In this document: one piece after another, positions 22,963 through 35,048 of the stretch
Layout of the letters: every line of letters begins with the position of its first letter
Numbering within the stretch: the stretch's first letter is position 1
Origin: Basidiobolus meristosporus CBS 931.73
Taxonomy: Eukaryota > Fungi > Basidiobolomycota
Direction: 5' to 3'
Length of the DNA stretch: 64,000 nucleotides
Assembly: GCA_002104905.1 (NCBI GenBank)
Contig: MCFE01000473.1
Coordinates: 5,058 to 69,057 of the forward strand
Program-made: the position numbers and the translations under genes
Notes under the pieces: generated by a model
The model's input: only the letters and a program-made list of their open reading frames with translations
Database searches by the model: none
What the model was told of the DNA's origin: nothing

Positions 22963-23269
22963 TCCTATGAAAAATTATTGAGATGATCCCATCAAAAGGC
23001 CGTCACACAGTTAATGTCCCATGACTAAGAGGTACTGATCTTGTCAGGACACTGTCCAGAGACTGTGAAAAATAATTGAACCCCAGATTTCACAGAACAC
23101 TTTGTCAAAATTTTTCATCACAACAATGTATAAGTGGCTTTTGATTGCTTGCCTGCCAATTTGCTCACTATCTGATCCCGGACACTCTATTGCCTCCTAT
23201 GTTGTGTGAGTTGATTGGCTATTGCCTCTTTTTCACACTCCTTACTTCCTGACTCAACCATTGCTCTCA

Positions 23270-25357
23270 CTTTTCATGCGTAGGAATTGACTAATTTCCA
23301 TTGAAACTTCAGTTGTACATCAATTGCCAATTGTATTGACCTATACAAGTCTCTATACCCTACACTAACATTAAGCCCAACCTCACACTCAACAAGTAAC
23401 TCCATTAAAATCCACCACTCAATAGGTATTTCTGCTGTAAAGCTCTGGTTCCACAACTATGGCAGGAACCTAACGGCTTTATGACACTGTTCATTCACTG
23501 GTTCCCACACATCCTGGTCTTCAGCCAGCACTACAAGGTCTAGCTCCTCATCTGCCAGTCTCTGCAATAAATCCTTGCAATATTCCAGTGTGTTTTCTTG
23601 AGCACTGCTCTTGAAGAAGTGCTGCAACCTCTTGGTGTGCCTATTAATGTTCCAAAACTTCACTGAAGGCATTGTGATAGTCTTTTAAGCTCTTGATGTT
23701 GTAGACTTGTCTGTCAGTGGGATCTCCACTCTGTCAGAAATGGAGGCTGTGGAGGCTTTGGTAGACAAATTGTCTTTTTCAGCAAACTCATCTACCTTGC
23801 TGGAGTGTAGCTCAACTGACTGCACTTCCAACTCTTGTGAAAACAGCTGTTCTCTTGTTAGTAATTCTTCTTGGCTATGATGGGATTCAGTCTGTTCCTG
23901 GCTTGCAGCATTAATTGGCAAGAGCTGCAGTTTTTTTTGCATGCATCCCTGTCTCAGGCTTGGGTAGACATTTTTCCCTTTAACTTTTCCTTTATCACTG
24001 CCAGGTCTTTCACTGCTACTTTGTCTGAGTGCTTTGTGTAAACAAATACGTTTCTCCTCAATAAATTCTGCTCTGACGCATCTGTTTTGGCCTGCTTGTC
24101 CCTTGCTGGCACTCATCTGGCAACCTGACGTTTCTTTTCAGCATGTTTTGAGCTCTCAACCATAGTTGTGATGGGCTCCTGTATAAGCAACTGGTTTTTA
24201 TCTCTGCCAGATCCTTCACTGCTACTTTGACTGGATGCTTCTTGAGTGGTACTACTCTTTTTCCTTGATAATGTTGTGCTGGTGCATTCATGTCTGCCTG
24301 CTTTTCCTTGATTGGCACTCTTCCAGCTGCCTGACATCTCTTTGACACTGGTATGGAGCTTTTGGCCCTGCTTGTAACAGGCTCTTGAGGAAGTTGCTGG
24401 TTTTTAGCCATGGCACCCTTGTTCTTCTGCCTTTGATAGTTTCTGCTATTCTTAAGATACTTTCTTACCATACCAATGCTGGCCCAAAATTCATTTGCCC
24501 GTTTGAATCCAGGATAATGCTCATGGAACAAGTCAAGTGCATTCTGCTTGGCCTTGAGTTCCTGATGGTCCCATGGTATGCTGGCCTTAAGGTGATGGTG
24601 TGCCAGACTTCTGAAGGCCTCTTGTATATTAGCCCACTCTTCACTATTGCACTCAACAGCTTCATGGATCTTCAATGTCATTCGATTTTTAGGCTTTGGT
24701 GTAAACATCACATTGTCTCCTCCCATGCTGTCATAGGTTTTCTGTGGGCTTTATCTTTGGGCACTGTTGTTGTGCTTCAAAGACTGTACAGTGTTCCTCT
24801 GCTGTTACATTGGGAAATGGCTCAATTCTTGGCTGTGACATTGAGCTACTTGAGTTTCTTCTTTGCAGCAAAGATACTGCTTTCTCTACCTGGGATATTA
24901 ATTGCTCTACACGTATTATCTGCTCATTCTGTTTCTGGACTACTTCCTGATTTCTCTGGGCCATTTCATCTATCCTGTCAGCCATTGCACCTAATTGCTT
25001 CATTAATGCTCTGGTATGAGCTGACAACATACTTGCTAATATGGGTGGTGGTGATGTTATTGTGGCCACTTGCTGATCTTCAACAGAGGGTACTGTATTT
25101 GCTACATTCTCCTCTGCCTGAGCATAATAGTCAGCTTATGGCTCCGCAGAGGTTCCCAGTTGCCTACTTGACTGAGAGCCTGAGGAGTCCGCATTATTAC
25201 CTTCAATGGGCACACTGTCCACAGGGCATTTTTTGGATGTACCCCCACTTGTTGCACTGAATGTCAAAGCAAGCTGTTGTCCAACCATTCTTCTGTTGCT
25301 GTCAGTGGTGGGGTTTAGTTGAGAAACAGACAACTTTGCTTTATTTTTTGGTGGCAT
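23270..25357 (-). pseudogene. CACTA accessory gene (ORF X), frameshifted
   Basis: ORF pieces MPPKNKAK..., LMKQLGAMADRIDEMAQRNQE (coiled coil), and LKASIPWDHQELKAKQNALDLFHEHYPGFKRANEFWASIGMVRKYLKN; repeated in copies C and D. Confidence 0.7.
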
Positions 25358-25559
25358 ATATATGGAAGTGAGTCAAACCAAAGGGGTAATAGTGTTACAT
25401 ATACATGTGTATGTGGTGCCACAACTTTATTTATAATGCTTACTATGGCAGGTCATTATTGTATCTTACATTCATGTAGATGCAATGTCTCAAACACAAG
25501 ACTGTCTTAAGTTCACATGAGTAGTGACCAAAAAGTGATATAATAGCATTACATTGTTG

Positions 25560-28510
25560 AAGGTCAAACTGTTTGCCCCATGGACAAGACTACTTTGACT
25601 CAATGCCATAAGAGAAGAGAAAAAAGACCATGTGGCTATTGTGGCAAGCCTCTCAACCATGAAGCACGCAGACAGCATAAGAAGTATTACAAGGACCACA
25701 GCCAGTGTTTTGCTACCCAAATCATATTTAACCATTCATTGGTCACTACCATACCAACACTATCTTGCCAGCCAGTTGATACTTCTATATTGGCACCTGG
25801 CTGTCTTTGTCACCTTATGCAAACTGAGTTAGGTGAGTTTGTGACGCCTTTAGGCTCACCTCAGCATTCTGAATAGGGCATGCAGAGTGATAGCTCTGAC
25901 AAACAAGGTTCACTGATGGATTTTGAGCCTATCTCCCCTAATAACAGTACCATGTATGAGCCCGGTCAAATCCCTATATGCAATGAGACAACACCTGTTG
26001 AAACAAATGCCAAGGATACTTTATGGAGCCAAGTGAGCCTAGTAATCCATCTACTGGTGAATGATGCAATGTTGTGGCTAGAGAAGTGGCGTGTTTCCAC
26101 TAATATTGGTAATGGGGGCTTTGAGGACTTATTACTACTTCTTGCCAAACTCATACCATGATGCAACTTACCATGTACCTGGTACAAATGAACAACCGTC
26201 ATGCGGCTGGCAACATATGATCTAGAGACTGTACTGATTCCAGCATGTGTTAACAGTTGCATGGCATTCACATGCAAAAATGCTACCATTGCAATGTGTC
26301 CAAATTGTCAGGAATCCACCACCATTGAGGGAAAACATTGTTCACACACCAGATATATTCTGGTCATACACTGTCTGAGGAAGCTGATGCAGTCCAACAA
26401 ATATTGCAAAGCTATATAGTACTGCACTCAGTATCAATCAAGCCCAAACATATCCAATATATTTGATGGCAAACATTACAAACAGCTAAGAAGCAAGGGC
26501 TACTTTGAAGGTATGTATGACCATGCCTTTGCATTAGCACTTGAGGGATTCTCATTAAACAAGTACTCTACCAGCAAATCCTGCTGGCCACTAATTCTCA
26601 TCAATCTGAATCTGCTGCCCATTTTGCAGTATCAGAGTAATAATCTGATGGTAGTCTCACTGGTATGTGGGCCTAAATCACCACCCAACCTGGATAGCTA
26701 CCTGTATCCATTGCTGGATGAGTTTTGTATGCGTTCCAGCAGGATAACTGTAAAAGGCCGTCATGTAAAAGTACATATTATTATCTGCATTGGAGATACC
26801 CCAGCCATCAGCAAGATAGTAGGTTTTTCTGGGCACAAAGGATGGTATTGCTGTCAAATGCGTGAGATCCAGGGGATTTACTCCATAACTCACACACATT
26901 ATTATTACCCAAACACCGGCACTAAGAACATCATCTTTCCACATAGAGAACATACAGAAGTAAGCATGCAATTGCAGCAAAGTTGGCAAGCTATAAGCCA
27001 TTGGCCAGAATATGGAATCAATTGGAAACCAGCAATACTTAAGATACAGGGTATCTGTTAGAGCAAAAGCTTTCCACAGCAAGCAATGCATTTGCTTTTC
27101 AACAATATCCCTATAATGATGACCAAGTTGTACATGTGGCATTTCAAGCTAAATGAGCCCTTTGTAATACCGGAGAAATTTGAAAGAATTGGCAAGATAT
27201 TACAGAGCATCCGCTACCCTAAGCACTTCTCACAGTCTCCAATTAATATTCATATGCATATGCAACAATACAAAAGCAAAGACTGGATGAACTGGATATG
27301 TATTTATTCAAGTGGTGTTCTGAAGCCATTCCTACTGAAAGTACAATGGAAGCATTGGGAGTCATATGTGGACATTGTAGGATTATTTGTCCAGAAGCGG
27401 ATCACCAATGCCAACGTGTTGCATCTACAGCTGTTGTGTGAGGAGTTTGTGACAGGATTTGAGTGGCTATACTACAACCATGAAGCTGAATGCGTAGATC
27501 TCTGCTGCTACTGTATCCATTCCCTACTCCATCTTGCATGGTTTGTGGAGAATATCAGGCCTTGCTTCACCTTCTGGGAGTTTCCTATGGAGTGGATGTG
27601 TGGGGAGAAAGGAAGACAAGTCAAGTTGAAGGTACTACCATATCCCAATCTCATCAAGAATATTACCTTCAAGCCTGTCATGGATGTGATGAGTTGGCAC
27701 ATGGAGGACAGTCAAGAAGAGTTGGAAAATCTGAGGACAAATGTGCACCTGGAGACACCTATGCCTATGGCATTAAGAAGCTAAGCAGTCCCAATGCATG
27801 GGTAATCAGTTAAGTAATGTAAAGTTGGGTTGGGTGCAACAAGCAACTAATTTTTATCAGGAAAACTCCACCAAGAAATGCCGGATTTCTTGTGATCACA
27901 AGCCAACTTCTACACCATTCAATACAGAATTCACACAAACAAAAGCCAGAGCGCACCTATAAGGGGGACCAGAATCCAGCAGGGAGAAGGAATATATTGG
28001 CTAAATGCTAAGAAGTTCTTTGCCAATATTCAGGAGGTATTCATGGCAGAAGTGGCAACAACCAAGCATACATTTGCAAGATGTATATGCTACCAGCAGT
28101 ACAAGGCATATGGCAACTTTGCAAGTATCACACTAAAAAGCCGTAAAGTTGAGGTGATAGAAGTATATCAATTGTGGCAGGTGTGCGCATTTGCAGAGGT
28201 TAGTAAGCAGGAGGCCATAGTTTTTTAGATTCAAACTAAATGTGGAATACCCAAGGTAGTGGTAGGTAAGCAAATAAAGAAAGGTGATTCTACAGTGGAA
28301 TATATGAATTGCACAAGGGGAGGTAGCAAAAGGAAATACCTTTTGGTAAATTGGTACGGTAGCATTATACAGAACCAGCGGCAGGCCGTCATACTGCCAA
28401 GAAAAAGCCATCAGAGTCTTGCTGTGAGGCCGTTGAGATACCATCAAGTTTCTTGCCATATAAGGCAATTGGAAGTCCTGGCCAACTGGATCCACTTAAA
28501 ATAGTAATAG
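25560..28510 (+). pseudogene. CACTA Tnp2-family transposase, disrupted
   Basis: N-terminal RPCGYCGKPL, then CVNSCMAF..CPNCQE, FDGKHY, IGDTPAISKIVGFSGHKGWYCC, and DUF4218-like IHSLLHLAWFVENIRPCFTFWEFPMEWMCG. Confidence 0.88.
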
Positions 28511-29207
28511 AGTGCTGAAAGACTGCAACAATGCCATGCAAATATTTTAACAGCACCAATCAAAAATCATCAAGCTTTATCCCTTTATTTGGCTGTAAAA
28601 TTTGCAAAACACCGTCATGATCTTGTTATAAGATTGTCAGGAGGGTCACTAACTCCAAGCTGCTGTTATTATGATGGTCTCTAAACGGGATCTTGACGGA
28701 TGATCTGGATTGAATCCACCTGTGGGACCAAATTATTTTTTGTAAGGTATGTTTGCAAGATGTATATGTTACCAGCAGTACAAGGTATTTAGCTACTTTG
28801 CAAGTATCACACTAAAAAGCTGTAAAGTTGAGGTGATAGAAGTATGTCAATTGCAGCAGGTGTGGGGGGTGATTCTACAGTGAAGTATATGAATTGCACA
28901 AGGGGAGGTGGAAAAAGGAAATACCATTTGGTAAAGTTGTATGGTAGCATTATACAGAACCAGCTGTAGGCCATCATATTGCCAATGTAATGCCATCAGA
29001 GTCTTGCTGTGAGGCTGTTGCAATACTGTCAAGTTTCTTGCTATATAAGGCAATTGGATGTCCTGGCCAATTGGATCCACTTAAAATAGTTATAGAGCGC
29101 TTAAAGACTGCACCAATACCATGCAAATATTGGCACAGCACCAATTAAATCTTGTCATGTTTTATTCCTTTGTTTGGTTGTAAAGTTAGCAAAATACCAT
29201 TGTAATC

Positions 29208-30394
29208 TGTTGTGTTGTATTATGATTAGTTTGGGGCTTGTTCTACAATGTAGAGGCTAATCAATAATATACAACAACTTCCAGTATGCTAATACTGAAA
29301 TAGTTTATTGGGAGTTTGCTATACCAATAGAAGATATAACTTTCACTAATTTCCTCAATCTTAGGCTCAAAATATACTGTAGGCAGTGCCTATCACTTCT
29401 ACAGCAGTGTTCTGACCTTCTGTTGACTTTCTAAGAAAATATTTCCAAGTATGGAAATTTTGAACTCCCCTTTAACCTAAAGGGGTGTGTTGTAGAAGTC
29501 TCTCAAGGGGTCTTGAGACCTAAAGGGGTGTCTAAAGGGGTCTCTTTAGAGTAAAGGGGCTTCTTGTAGTGGTCTCTAAAGTGGACTTTACACTAAAGGG
29601 GTGCCTAAAGGGGCTTCTTTAGAGTAAAGGGGTTTCTTAAAGGGGTCTCTAAAGGGGTCTTTAGACTAAAGGGGTGTCTAAAGGGGTGCCTTTAGAGTAA
29701 AGGGCTTTCTTAGAGGGGACTTTTCTGACAGAAAAGTGGTAGTTTCTTGTAGAACTTAGCTTGGATTCTTGTGAGCTTTGCAGTCTCTCTACTGATGTGG
29801 TACCAATCAAAGTCAGAATACTCAACAGTGCAAGAGATGCAGGGGAAGTCTTATAACCTTTAAACTTGTAATCATAGTGTGGAGATTCTGGAAAGAAAGG
29901 CTCCCTCTTTATTTTTCAGCTGGGGAAGTCATATATATGATATTTCTGAAGGATCAAAGTTTTTGGGTGATTGCGCAAGCAATACACGTGATACAAAGCC
30001 AAAAATAGCAGTGGCGCAGATTGGACATAGGTGCAGCACCTGTGAAAGTTTCACGTGATATGAATGGCTGGTTCAAAAGTTACACGCGATCAAAGTCACC
30101 ATAGTAATCCTAGCAATAAGGCATAGTATACATATTAATTGGACTCTTTTGGTCATAACTCCTTAAGTACTGCTTCAAATGAGCTGTGATTTGAAACATG
30201 AGTTGGCTACTATGTGTTCTGTATGAAATAATATTCTTAGGTGGATTGCTTGCCAGGGTCTGGAGCAGTTGTTCTTCAAAGTTGGAAATTCTTGATCTTT
30301 CACTTGTGTGTTACAATAGCAAAAGCAAAATAAAGAAATGAGTGCAATATTGGTTTAGAGATATTGTAGTAATGGAATACTTTCCATTACCACA
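29208..30394. mobile_element. 1187-bp solo LTR-like insertion (gypsy-type 4-bp TSD) in CACTA copy A
   Basis: TGTTGTG...ATTACCACA with TSD AATC on both sides; second copy at 36122-37187. Confidence 0.85.
29477..29722 (+). repeat. Degenerate TAAAGGGG tandem array inside the large solo LTR
   Basis: 13 GGGG runs plus one GGG counted in ~245 bp; the second copy has only 4 (36447-36510). Confidence 0.85.
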
Positions 30395-30479
30395 AATCCT
30401 TTCACATGACTGTTGGGAGGGTCATTAAAGTTTGGTATTTCATATTTAGATTTCTACAAACCCTATTAATCTCCTGATA

Positions 30480-31090
30480 GTTGAGAACCTCTTAGCAACT
30501 CTAGAAATTTGTAAAACACTCAGGAAAGAGTAATTATTAGCCCACAATAGTCACAAGATGTTTGCTGACAACAAACAGCAGCCAGGTCATGAACTGGATG
30601 ATGGGGATCCAGTATGGATCTTAAGAAGAAATATTGCCACTAGTGTTACAATTCTTGGTATAAAAGCTGTAAAGCAATAGTAAGTTTAGGTAGTATTGTA
30701 TTCACTAAAACTTGAAATGATTTTTATTGAGGTTCCAGCAGCTCCTTACATATATTTTGCCAGATCAATTGCAGACTTATTGTATTTCCTAATGTATATT
30801 GTGGTTGATAACTCATTTGATTGCATTATCATTGCCCAATAAGATCCTACTTGGTATATCTATTCCTGTCTGATAAGGATCTGCTGATTCATTTGCTGAC
30901 TAATGCTACTCATTTGATATATAACACTGATATACTCATAGGCTAAGCATATAACTACTTGAATTGACTAAAAGCCATCTAACTTGAACATTCAAGTGGT
31001 AATTTATAACACTAGTAGCCCTTGTAGCAAGTTGGCACCATTCAAGGCCAACAAAAGAGTAGCTCAAATGTATGCTCATTATTAGTCATC
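30480..31090 (+). mobile_element. Ty3/gypsy integrase C-terminal remnant, interrupted by a solo LTR
   Basis: HKMFADNKQQPGHELDDGDPVWILRRNIAT|SSPCSKLAPFK resembles the KYAD..GDKVWL..RPSKKL..GPF region of gypsy integrases. Confidence 0.55.
30644..31011 (-). mobile_element. Solo LTR of gypsy family G1
   Basis: TGTTACA...TATAACA, homologous to the LTRs at 42030, 46599, 54517 and 59085; 4-bp TSD CTAG on both sides. Confidence 0.92.
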
Positions 31091-31330
31091 CAAAGTGTGA
31101 ATGAAGTAGCAGAGAACCAAATAAAAGCAACTTACAGATTGTTGTGGCAAGCAATTATGTCAAAGTCTTTGACAAAATGCATCATAAGATCTGAGGTGCA
31201 TGTTTTAAGCAGGTTCTTCAATGTCAAAACAACACCATTACCTCTTAGTCATGAGGTGAAGCTTTTTTGACCGCCTTTGATGTGCATATCATGACTATCT
31301 TTCATAGGAATATAACTCAAGCCACAGAGT

Positions 31331-34300
31331 CCCTATGAAAAATTATTGAGATGATCCTGGCAAAAGGCCATCACAAAGTTAAAGTCCCACTACTGAAAGG
31401 TACTGATCTTGTTGGACATTGTCTAGAGACCATTGAAAAATAATTGCACCCCAGATTTCACTAAAAGCTTTATCAAAATTTTGCATCACAACAATATATA
31501 GGTGGCTTTTGATTGGTTCTCTGCCAATTTGCTCACTATCTGATCCTGGACACTCTATTGCCTCCTATGCTTGTATGAAGTGATTGGCTATTGCCTCTTT
31601 CTCACACTCCTTACTTCATGACTCAACTGTTTCTCTTACTTTTCATGAGTACAAATTGATTTATTTCTGTCAAAACTTCAGTTGTACTCCAATTGCCAAT
31701 TGTATGGACCTATACAAATCTCTATACCCTGTACTAACATTAAGCCCAACCTCACATTCAACAAGTAACTCCATCAAATTCCACAACTCAATAAGTATTT
31801 CTGCTGTAACACTCTGGTTCCACAAATTTGGTGAGAACCTAACAGCTTTATGCCACTTCTCATTCACTAGTTCCCACACGTCCTGGTCTTTAGCCAGCAC
31901 TGCAAGGTCTAGCACCACATCTGCCGGTCTTTGCAATAAATCCTTGCAATATTCTAGCGCGTTTTCTTGAGCACTGCTCTTGTAGAAGTGCTACAACCTC
32001 TTGGTGTGCCTATTGATGTTTTAAAACTCCATTGAAGGCATTGTGATAGTCTTTTGAGCTCTTGACATTGTAGCCTTGTCTGTCAATGAGATCTCCACTT
32101 TGATAACAATGGAAGCTGTGGTGGACAAATTGCTTTTTTCAGCAAATTCATCTACCTTGCTGGAGTGAAGCTTAACTGGCTGTGCGTCCAGCTCTTGTGA
32201 AAACAGCTATTTTCTTGGTTGGTACTCTTCTTGCCTATGATGGGATTCAGTCTGTTCCTGACTTGCAGCATTAATTGGCAAGGACTGCATTTTTTTTGCA
32301 TGCATCCCTGTCTCAGGCTTTGGTACACATTTTTCCCGTTACCTTTTCCTTTATCACTGCCAGGTCTTTGACTGCTACTTTGTCTGAATGCTTCTTGTAA
32401 AGAACTACATTTCTCCTGGATAAATTCTGCTCTGATGCATCTGTTTTGGCCTGCTTATCCCTTGCTGGCACTCTTCTGGCAACCTGATGTTTCATTTCCC
32501 CTTGTTGTGAGCTCTCAGCCATAGTTGTGACAGGCTCCTGTAAAAGCGGCTGGTTTTTATCACTGCCAGGTCCTTCACTGCTACTTTGACTGGGTGCTTC
32601 TTGAGTTGTACTATGCTTCTTCCTTGATAAATGTTGTGCTGGTGCATCCAAGTCTGCCTGCTTGTCCCCATTTGGCAAACCTTCAGCTACCTGACATCTC
32701 TTTAACACTTGTCTGGAGCTTTTGGCCCTGCTTGTAACAGGCTCTTGAGGAAGCTGCTGGTTTTTAGCCATGGCACCCTTGTTCTTCTGCCTTCAATAGT
32801 TTCTGATATTTTTAAGATACTTTCTGAGCATATTAATGCTGGCCCAAAATCTGTTTGCACATTTGAATCCAGGATAATGCTTGTGGAACAAGTCAAGTGC
32901 ATTCTGCTTGGCCTCAAGTTCCTGATGGTCCCATGGTATGCTGGCCTTAAGGTGATAGCATGCTAGACTTTGGACAGCCACTTGTATCTTAGCCCACTCC
33001 TCATTATTGCACTCAATGGCCTTATGGATCCTCAATGTCTTCAACTTTTAGGCTTTAGTATAAACATCACATTGACTCCCTTCCATGCTGTGATAGGTTT
33101 TTCTGTGGGCTTTATCTTTGAGCACTGTTGTTGTGCTTGAAGGACTGTACAGTGTTCCTCTGCTGTTACATTGGGAAGTGGCTCAATTCTTGGCTGTGAC
33201 ATTGCACTACTTGAGTTCCTTCTATGCAGCAAAGATATTGCTTTCTCTCCCTGGGATATTGATTGCTCTACTCATATTATCCACTCATCCTTTTTCTGGA
33301 CTGTTTCCTGATTTCTCTGGGCCATTGCACCTTTCCTATCAGCCACTGCACCTAATTGCTTCATTAATGCTTTGGTATATGCCAACAACATACTTGCTAA
33401 TATGGGTGGTAGTGATGTCATTGTGGCCACTTGCTGATCTTCAACTGAGGGTACTGCGTTTGCTACATTCTCATCTGCCTGAGCATAACAGTCAGCTTGT
33501 GGCTCTGCAGAGTGTCTTGATTGCCTACTTGACTGAGAGCCTGAAGAGTTTGCATTATTGCCTTCAGTGGGCACACTGTCCACAGGGCCTTTTTTGGATG
33601 TAGCCCTGCTTGTTGCACTGAATATCAGAGCAAGCTATTGTCCAGCTGTTCTTCTGTTGCCATCAGCGGTAAGGTCTGGTTGAGAACCAGACAGCTTTGC
33701 TTTATTTTTTGGTGGCATACATATGGAAGTGAGTCAAGCCAAAGGGGTAATAGTGTTACATATACATGTGTATGTGGTGCCACAACTTTATTTATAATGC
33801 TTACTATGGCGGGTCATCATTGTATCTTACATTCATGTAGATGCAATGTCTCAAACACAAGACTGTCTTATGCTCACATGAGTATTGACCAAAAAGTGAT
33901 ATAATAGCATTACATTGTTGAAGGTCATACTGTTTGCCCCATGGACAAGACTACTTTGACTCAATGCTGTAAGAGAAGAGAAAAAAGGCCATGTGGCTAT
34001 TGTGGCAAGCCTCTCAGTCATGGAGCACACAGACAGCATAGGAATTTTTGCAAGGATCATGGCCAGTGTTTTGCCACCTAAGTCATATTTGACCATTCAA
34101 TGGTCACTATTGTACAAAATTATCATGCCAGCCAGTTTATACTTCTATATTGGCACCTGGCCATCTTTGTCACCTTGCACAAACTGAATCAGGTGAGTGT
34201 GTGATGCCTTTAGGCTCACCTCAGCCTTCTGTATATGGCACACAGAGTGATAGCTCTGACAAAGAAGGTTCACTGATGGATTTTTGAGCCTATCCCCCCT

Positions 34301-34518
34301 AACAAAAGTACCATATATGAGCCCAATCAAATCCCTATATACAGTTAGAAAACACCCATTGAAATAAATGCCAAGGATACTTTATGGAGCCAAGTGAGCC
34401 CAGTGTTACTTTGACTGATGAATAATGTAATGTTCTGGCCACAGAAGTGGCGTGTTTCCACTAATATCAGTAATGGGGGCTTTAAGGATTTATTACTACT
34501 TCTTGCCAAAACCATACC
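31331..34518. mobile_element. CACTA copy C, left-end fragment (ORF X on -, start of transposase on +)
   Basis: Begins CCCTATGAAAAATTATTGAGATGATCC; colinear with 22963-26160; truncated at ~34518. Confidence 0.88.
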
Positions 34519-35030
34519 AGTGTGGTGGTGTATAGGACCATAAGAGAGATACATCCAACACTTCTCAAGTGTTCTGTGTGTGGGGTGTTCACTGGGTGCA
34601 ATAACCTCTGGCATAAGCTTGCTAGGAATACTTGGGTTCTGTCTCTAATCTAATCTGATGGGGAATAAAGCCACAAGCTTGTCAAGGGAAAACTGTTGCG
34701 CTACAATCCCCAACTTAGTTGGCATCTTAACAAAAGTATGTGCTGGGTTCAGCATCCTTTGAGATGACAATGTACTAAAGCTTCCAAAGTCAAACAACTG
34801 TAAGCTCCACCGGCAGGGACTTGATAAGAATGCAGCTGTGGTCAATAGTTACAATGACAGAAAAGTATCCTTACCTGTACAAGAACAAACTTGGGAAAGA
34901 ATCAAATATAATAAAGGATACCTACACTGAGTATTTCTCACAAGTAGTGCCTCCAAGGTTAGTTGGCAGTCAGCGCAGTTTCTTAGGAGTTTCCTGTGGT
35001 CTGGGGTTGGAAGTTCAGGTAGCAGCAGGT
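34519..35030 (-). repeat. Second copy of the unclassified repeat at 17800-18310
   Basis: Reverse-complement match, e.g. ORF-track peptides MIRMQLWSIVTMTEKYPYLYKNKLGKE vs MIRMQLCSIVAKTRRYLCLYKNKLGKE. Confidence 0.8.
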
Positions 35031-35048
35031 ATTGGTGATCACACTAAT

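Larger units (their letters stand above)
22963..28747. mobile_element. Full-length CACTA/EnSpm DNA transposon copy B, 5785 bp, with divergent accessory ORF (-) and transposase (+)
   Basis: Left end TCCTATGAAAAATTATT, right end AATTATTTTTTGTAAGG; inferred ancestral termini CCCTACG...CGTAGGG. 3-bp TSD TAT at 22960-22962 and 28748-28750; subterminal TGATC motifs at both ends. Confidence 0.85.

Noticed and set aside
24385-25260. 291-aa hydrophobic ORF (and 33118-33603) as a membrane protein
   Set aside because: It is the antisense shadow of CACTA ORF X, open because the coding strand is A/C-rich.
29477-29722. Telomeric or CRISPR-like repeat
   Set aside because: Units are degenerate, lie inside a TSD-flanked LTR, and have no unique spacers; the context is eukaryotic.
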